A stretch of 64,000 nucleotides of DNA from Emiliania huxleyi CCMP1516 (lineage: Eukaryota), in NCBI RefSeq assembly GCF_000372725.1, contig NW_005201912.1, forward strand, positions 253,711 to 317,710, read 5' to 3'. Both the position numbers and the translations under genes were made by a program. Of this stretch, positions 57,500 to 64,000 are shown one piece after another (the first letter of the stretch is position 1; every line of letters begins with the position of its first letter). Under the pieces are notes generated by a model. That model did not search any database. It saw only the letters and a list, made by a program, of their open reading frames with translations, and had not been told where the DNA came from.

Positions 57500-60349
57500 A
57501 TGATTGCCGCGGCGCCTGAAGGGCGCGGCCGTCATCGTACCGTCGCCACGCTTGCACTCTTTGCGAGCCTCGCCGTCGCGTGCTGGGTCTATGCTCCGCA
57601 GGTCGGGCTGCGTCAGGAGCAGGAGATGTCTTGCCGCGTCGGCTGTAGCCAGAAGGCTCCAAAGACCGAAGCGAGCGAGCTGGCCGAGGCAGTCTCGGAC
57701 ACGGCGAAGGCCATGGCGGGCTACAAAAAGGGCGCTGCAAAGCTCGGTGCAGCGGCGACGCATTCGTTGCAGAAGGACCAGCAGCAGCTGGCAGAGGAGA
57801 TGGCGGACGGAGCGCGAAAGAGCGGCAAGGCCTTTGAGCAGACCTTCAACCTCAACCCGCCGCCGGAGGGCTACGAGGTGGTGACAACCTGCGCGGACGT
57901 GGACGAGGAGGGCCACTGCTGGAAGACGACTGACGAGCTGCAGAAGCCGGTGCGGTTCGAGGACGCTGAGCCGACAGACCTGAACATCAAACTGGGGGAC
58001 AGCTGCACCCAGGAGCTGCTCGACACCTTCTTCGCCAACCAGGTCTCCAAGGTGGTCACCTACGCGATGGCCAACGCCGCGGAGAGCGAGAACGTGCGCT
58101 CGGCAATGCCCGTCGCCTCACTCAGAGGTGCGCGGTGCTGTGGAGAGAGAGAGAGAGAGGGAGAGAGGGAAGAGAGAGACAGCAGCCAGGCCACGACTGG
58201 ACACGCCGGACTGTGACGAGGCCCCGCGGCGGGGAGGACGGCCACACTGGCGCAACGGAGAGACACCGAGGCTCCCTTCTGTGTGACCGCGAGACCAACG
58301 AATTCTCAACCCGCCTCCTCACCCACTCCTCCTCACCCACTCCTCCTCACCCACTCCTCCTCACCCACTCCTCCTCACCCACTCCTCCTCACCAGGCACG
58401 CGCTTCCGCATGACGATGGCGACCACGCGGCAGATCTTCAGCTCGTGGAACCTGACTCTCGTCTCGATCGAGCCGTTCGTGGTCAAGTTCGGAACCTGCT
58501 ATGACAACCTCGAGTGGTGGCAGGCGCAGAACGGAGACAGCGAGGCCCGCCTTCTCGGACCGGCCTCTAGACCCGTCTCTCCCTGACCGTCACAGGCGCA
58601 GGACTGGTACACCAAGGGCTCTCACATGCGCATGCCCGACGGCCTCGAGGTGCAGATCACCGGCATGCGCGCCAAGGTGGCCAGGGAGAATGAGAGAGAG
58701 TCATTGCTGATGGCCATTAGTGATGGCATGCGCGCAAAGGCGAGCGAACTATCAACTCGCAGTCCGCCAGTAGTGGTGCGGATCGAAGGTCGAGTCGTCA
58801 GCTAGCAAGGTGGTGCCGACCGTCCTCTTCGCCCCAGGTGGCGTTCGAGTGGGACCTGGTCCAGGACTATGGCTTGGGCGGCCTCTCTCTCGGCCAGGCG
58901 CCACACGCCGTCGGCAGGGCAATCCTCGGGCGATCTCGGGCGATCTCGGGCGATCTCGGGCGATCTCGCCTAGGCGCCACTCGCCGTCGGCAGGGCGGTC
59001 GTGGGCTTGAACGGTTTCGTCATCCTCGGCGTGGACTTGCACGACCCCGCAAGGGCGGCGATCGACAGCTGCAAGGGCAAGTTCGAGTTTGAGAGCATGG
59101 AGTTTGTGGGCGAGCGGAGAGAGCCCAACGAGCTCCTCTGCGGGGGAGCAATTGCATGGACTCGCCGCGGAGCTCTCCTCTTAGGCGAGCAGCTCAACGA
59201 CAAGTTCTTCGCAAAGCAGATCGAGGTCTTCTTCCCCGAGTTCGCCGCGCAGGTCGCCGACCTGATCTGCTACGGCAACACCAAGAAGCGGCCCACCTCC
59301 GTCGTCGACATCATGGGCGAGATCGAGCCGAGATCGAGCCGAGATCGAGCCGAGATTGGAGTGCTCCGAGTTTGAGCCGAGATGCGCCGTCGCAAGGTCG
59401 GATGCCCGAGCCCGTCCCTCTGAGTGCGTGGCTCGCTCTTAAGGCGGACTCAACGCGGACCTCAAGATCGACAACGAGGAGGGCATCACCTTTGGCTTTG
59501 TCGGCGCGCAGGAGGGGATCAACTACATGGTCTCCAAGGCGCCCAGCAGAGACACCCCGTTTAACCCCCCTCCCCCCCCCCCTTCCCCCCCCCCCTTCCA
59601 CCCCTCCACCCCCCCCTCCCGGCTGTGATGTGCCAGCGACGGTGTCGTGTAGGCGCTCAGCCCGGTCGACTTTTACATGCAGCAGGACGCGATCTGGCAC
59701 AACGACCCCACGACGCGCTGGAAGAAGGCCAAGGAGGACCAGGCGAGAGTGGTCCCCGAGATGCCACCCTGCCCCTCCCTCCCCCGTAAAACCCCCCCCC
59801 TACCTACCCTTCCGCCTCTTCCCCCCCCTTTCCCCTTTCCCCCCTTCCCCCCTTCCCGCTTTCCCCCCTTCCCCCCTTCCCCCGCTCTCCCGGGAACCCC
59901 CTCCACCCGACCCCCCTGCCCCTGCCCCCGCGCGCCAGGCACTCCTCGCCGAGGTCGGAGTCCACAAGACACTCGGCGAAGGGCGCTTCAGCCACATCAC
60001 CCTCCCGCCGTCCGCGCCGCCCTCGCCGCCGCCCTCGCCGCCCGCCCCGCCGGCGAGGGTGCTGCCGTCGTGGCTGCCGCAGAAGCTGCCACTCGACGGG
60101 CTGCAGCTGCCCAGCTTCGGACTCGTGGCCGCCTCGCCCTCTCCGGCGCCCTCGGAAGAGCCCGCCCCCTATTCCTTTTCGGGCTACTCGTACGGCGACA
60201 AGACCGCCTCCGAGCGCGGCATCGGCGACGTCGGCGGCATGGCAGCGGGTGCCACTGGCCAGATGGCGCAACCCCGGCAGGCCACCCGCGCGGCGTGGAT
60301 GTCGCTGTTCCGGCCCCCTGCGAAGGAGGCGGCGGCGGCGGAGCGAGGA

Positions 60350-60425
<76 letters not shown>

Positions 60426-60529
60426 TGAAGCGTTCGCGCGGGTTCATGCCAGCCGTGCTCCCCGGCTGGCAGGACAGCAAGGCGCGCAAGGGCTCAGAGG
60501 TGATCTTCGTCATGAGTGAGGGGCTCTAG
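57500..60529 (+). CDS. Multi-exon hypothetical protein with N-terminal signal/anchor
   Basis: Coding-like blocks separated by repeat-filled introns (e.g. 58898-58973, 59317-59443); exon structure only partly resolved. Confidence 0.6.
60350..60425. repeat. (GGC)n microsatellite, poly-Gly in the last exon
   Basis: About 25 units read directly. Confidence 0.95.
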
Positions 60530-60975
60530 CGAGGTGCAAGCACGATGAGGCATCGTGAGAGCGTGTGAGCGTGTGCGGGCGGTGTATTGGGTTGCGTGTG
60601 TGCGGACGGTTGTGTCTCTGACTCTCTGTCGTGTGTGGTGCAACGTGTGAAACGTGCAACTGCTTGATGTGTGGGCGGTCTCCCTCTCGTGCATGCTCTC
60701 GTGCAAGCGCTGTGATCGGGCGTGGGCGTGGGGGTTGGCGCTGTCCCCTGAGCCCTGTCCCTCGTGTGTGTGGCTGCGCCGTGCGCGCGCGCCGCCATCC
60801 CCGCAGCCCCGCCGACTCTCTCTCCGCCGGCGGGCTGCATCTCTATTTTTTTTCGCTATTTGTGTCCGTGGTGGTGGTCCGACCCCTTCGCGCATGCAGC
60901 CTTAACTAAATCATCCGCGCAAACTACGCTCCAGAGCCACAAGGACGCACGCGCCGCGCGGCTGGGGACACTCGC

Positions 60976-63784
60976 TCAGGAGGCGAGGAAGGCGGCCGAC
61001 GCTGCCGGGAAGGCGCGGAACGCGCTTTGCACCGTGGCGAGGAAAGCGGAGAGGAGGGCGGCGGCGACGAGGAAGACGGCGCCGGGCAGCTTTGCGGGCG
61101 GCTCGATGGAGGCGGCGAAGAGGCGGCCGTACCCGCTAAAGGCGAGGGTGTCGCACAAGTCTTGCAGCGTCTCGAGCGCGCCGAGCAGCGCTCCGCGCTC
61201 TGCCGGCGGCGCCTGCAACGCGCGCGCGCGCGGGGGGGGGGGGGGGGTGAGGCGGGCCAAACACACGGGGGCCGGAGCGTCGGAGGCAGCGGAAGGGGCG
61301 AGGGGGCGGCTGGGAAGGGGGCAATACGACCGCCGTCTGGCGGGCGGGTGGGGGGTGCGGAGTGGAAGTGGAAGTGGCGCCTGCGCGGCGACGAAAGAGA
61401 CGAGGGCGGGGAGGGCGATGCAGCCGAGGGTCATGAAGAGGACGCAGCTGACGAGGGCGGCGGGCGTGCGGGCGAAGGCGATGGCAAGCAGCCCAACCGC
61501 GTAGACGGCGCCGCCCGTCTGCATCGACGTGCGGAGGCCGAGCCGCGGGATGAGAGCGGCGGGCGCGACGCCAATCATGAGCCCGATGAGGACGAGGATC
61601 GGCGCGGAGTCCTGCGGCCCCCACTTGAAGAGGTGGTTGGCGTAGTTTCCGAACTGCGAGTTGATGCACATATTGCCCAGCCAGAGCAGCGCAAACGCGG
61701 CCGCCGAGCGGCGCAGCAGCGGCGTGCTGCAAAAGAGGCGCCGCAGCGCGCCTACAAAGGGGGGGGAGGCTCCGGCTAGCCTCGGGCTGACCGGGTCCGT
61801 GACCAGCGGCCGAGGAGCCGCTGACGCGCGCCGATCGGGTTGGCTGCGCGTAGATCGAGTCGCGTCTTGGTGCGGGCCTGGAGACACGGCTCCCGCGCCT
61901 CAGGGGAAGGCGCCGGGCGGGCGGAGAGGCGGAGAGGCGCATCCGGTGTGCCGGCGCGGGCAGGCTCTCTGGCACCAGCAGCGCGATGACGACGAAGTTG
62001 AGAACGCCTGTTCGCACCTCCGCCGGTGTGAAGAGACGCGCACCGCGCCGCAAGTCGAGGGCGGCGAGGGCGACGAGGCCGGCGGCGGCGGCGGCGTAGA
62101 GCGGCGCGCGCAGGCCGTACTTTGCGTCGAGGATCGCAGAGAGCGGGAAGCCGAGGATGAAGGCGCCTGCAGGACGGGAGGGCACGAGATGCGGGGAGAT
62201 ACGGGGAGATGCGGGGAGATATGGGGAGATATGCCTGCAGCCCGGGGCTCTTGGAAGGCTGCGAGGAGGGTAGGGTTCCGAGGAGGCTAGGGGCGGCGAG
62301 GGGCGGCGGCGAGAGAGGGGCGAGGGGAGAGGTGTGGCGAGGGGAGGCGGCGAGGGAGGCGGCGAGGGAGGCGGCGAGGGAGGCGGCGAAAGGCGGTGTG
62401 GCGGCGGAGGAGGTGGGGCGGGGAGGGAGGCGCCCGCGACAGAGACGCCCTGGAAGATGCCGAGGTTGATGGCGCGCCGCTCGGGTGGGGAGACGTCGGC
62501 GACGTAGGCCTGGCAGACGGGGGCTCACAGTACAGGAGGGCGGGGTGGAGAGGACGGGAGGGAATGGGTGCACGGGCCTGGCAGACGGGGGCTCACAGTA
62601 CAGGAGGGCGGGGTGGAGAGGACGGGAGGGAATGGGTGCACGGGCCTGGCAGACGGGGGCTCACAGTACAGGAGGGCGGGGTGGAGAGGACGGGAGGGAA
62701 TGGGTGCACGGGCCTGGCAGACGGGGCTCATGCAGCTTGTTACTCCATCGACGAGGTCGGCGAGGTAGAAGACGGCGACGCCGCGCGAGGCGGTGGCCTG
62801 CAGCGGAGGGTGGCAGGCGGTGAGGCAGGCGGTGAGGCAGGCGGTGAGGCAGGCGGTGAGGCAGGCGGTGAGGCAGGCGGTGAGGCAGGCGGTGAGGCAG
62901 GCGGTGAGGCAGGCGGTGAGGCAGGCGGTGAGGCAGGCGGTGAGGCAGGCGGTGAGGCGGGCGAGGCAACACGGCGGTGTGGAGGCGTCTCGGCAGCGGC
63001 GCCTGCAGCAGGCAGGTGGTCGCAGAGCCGAGTGCCGACCAGGCCATCAGATACGGGGAGATATGGGGAGATATGGGGAGATATGCCTGCAGCAGGCAGG
63101 TGGTGGCAAAGCCGAGTGCCGACCAGGCCATCAGCGGCTTGCGGCCGACCACGTCGGAGAGGGCGCCGTGGAAGCCGACGAAGAGGAAGGTGATTAGCTT
63201 GTCGAGCGACTGCTCACGGGGCGGGCCGTCAAGGTCCGACCGTCGGAGGGGTGTGACGAGAGCCGCGCCCGCGCTGCCTCGACGTCGCCGCTCAGCACGG
63301 CGGAGGCGGGAGAGACGTCGGGCGAGCCGTCCTCGTTGACCAGCGTCGCAATGACGCGCCCGAGCACCGGGATGCTCAGCCCGAGCGCGAAGAAGGAGAG
63401 CCAGTTCGCCAGCACCGCCCACCAGAAGGACCCGCGCTGTACCGGAAGCGGCGGCGGCAGCGGCGGCGGCGGCGGCGCCGGTGTCACCGCCGATATCTGC
63501 GCGCCCGCCCGAGCGCCCCGCCGGCGCAGCCGATCGAGCACGCCCGCTCCGCCGCCTTCCGAGCGCGCGGCCTTCGACGCGGCCACCTTGGAGGCAGCCA
63601 GCAGCTCAGTGGAGACGGCCGCCGGCGCCGGCCGCACAACCAGCTCCTCCGGCTCGCAATCGCGCTCAGAGCGGCACGACGGTTCGGCGCCGAGACGCGG
63701 CTTGGCCGAAGGGCCGGGCGCGCGAGCGTGCGCCGAGGCCGCGAGGAGGAGCATCGACGCCACGAGCGAAGGCGAGACCCGCAT
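60976..63784 (-). CDS. MFS transporter (TetA/MFSD14-like); introns 63210-63277, 62798-63086, 62510-62713, 62167-62433, 62008-62079, 61878-61951, 61752-61831, 61213-61380
   Basis: Motif A GALSDVVGRKPLM; IDGVTSCMSPVCQ|AYVADVSPPERRAINLGIFQG; LVPESL; ERGALLGA. Confidence 0.88.
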
Positions 63785-63819
63785 TTTTGTAGCCGGCTTC
63801 GCAAAAAAAGAGCGCGGGC

Positions 63820-63861
63820 GGATGTGAGGTTAATTAATGGCACTCCAAGTGCTCCAAGTGC
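63820..63861. repeat. Dispersed element, partial copy 3
   Basis: GGATGTGAGGTTAA..GCACTCCAAGTGCTCCAAGTGC, 36 nt upstream of the MFS ATG. Confidence 0.8.
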
Positions 63862-64000
63862 ATGGAGGTGGCGAGGGCCGAGGAGCTCTACGGGGAGCTG
63901 CGCGAGCGCGCGCCCCAGCACTGCCGCCGTGGCGGCAAGTGGGCGCGCGAGAAGTTCGTGATGGCGGTGCAGGGAGGGAGAGTTCCCGCGCGCGCGAGGG

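Overview
Very GC-rich, intron-containing eukaryotic DNA. GC-AG donors, 10-12 bp tandem repeats inside introns and the gene content suggest a haptophyte such as Emiliania (Gephyrocapsa) huxleyi; this is an inference. Recognisable genes: a SAM-domain protein (3' part), DTW-domain enzyme, SET-domain protein, GNAT, UAA-family nucleotide-sugar/PAPS transporter, two MFS transporters, RecQ helicase, Kelch-like propeller, thioredoxin-like protein and a tandem sulfotransferase. Transposon debris lies mainly at about 16.6-26.7 kb. Two things stand out. (1) After manual splicing, a head-to-head pair of giant genes appears. One is an ~2,200-aa IQ / ribokinase(PfkB) / ankyrin / protein kinase / CHAT (caspase-like) protein (36131-44445, -). 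The other is an ~2,095-aa type-I membrane receptor with Cys-rich and RCC1 repeats outside and an IQ motif plus an R-S-E ADP-ribosyltransferase inside (45279-51911, +). (2) Many introns share one design: a ~66-77 nt module made of a duplicated piece of the adjacent exon plus a simple-repeat filler. Modules are sometimes stacked 2-3 deep at one junction and two appear to use GA donors. All splice models and domain calls were made by eye and need RNA-seq and HMM confirmation.
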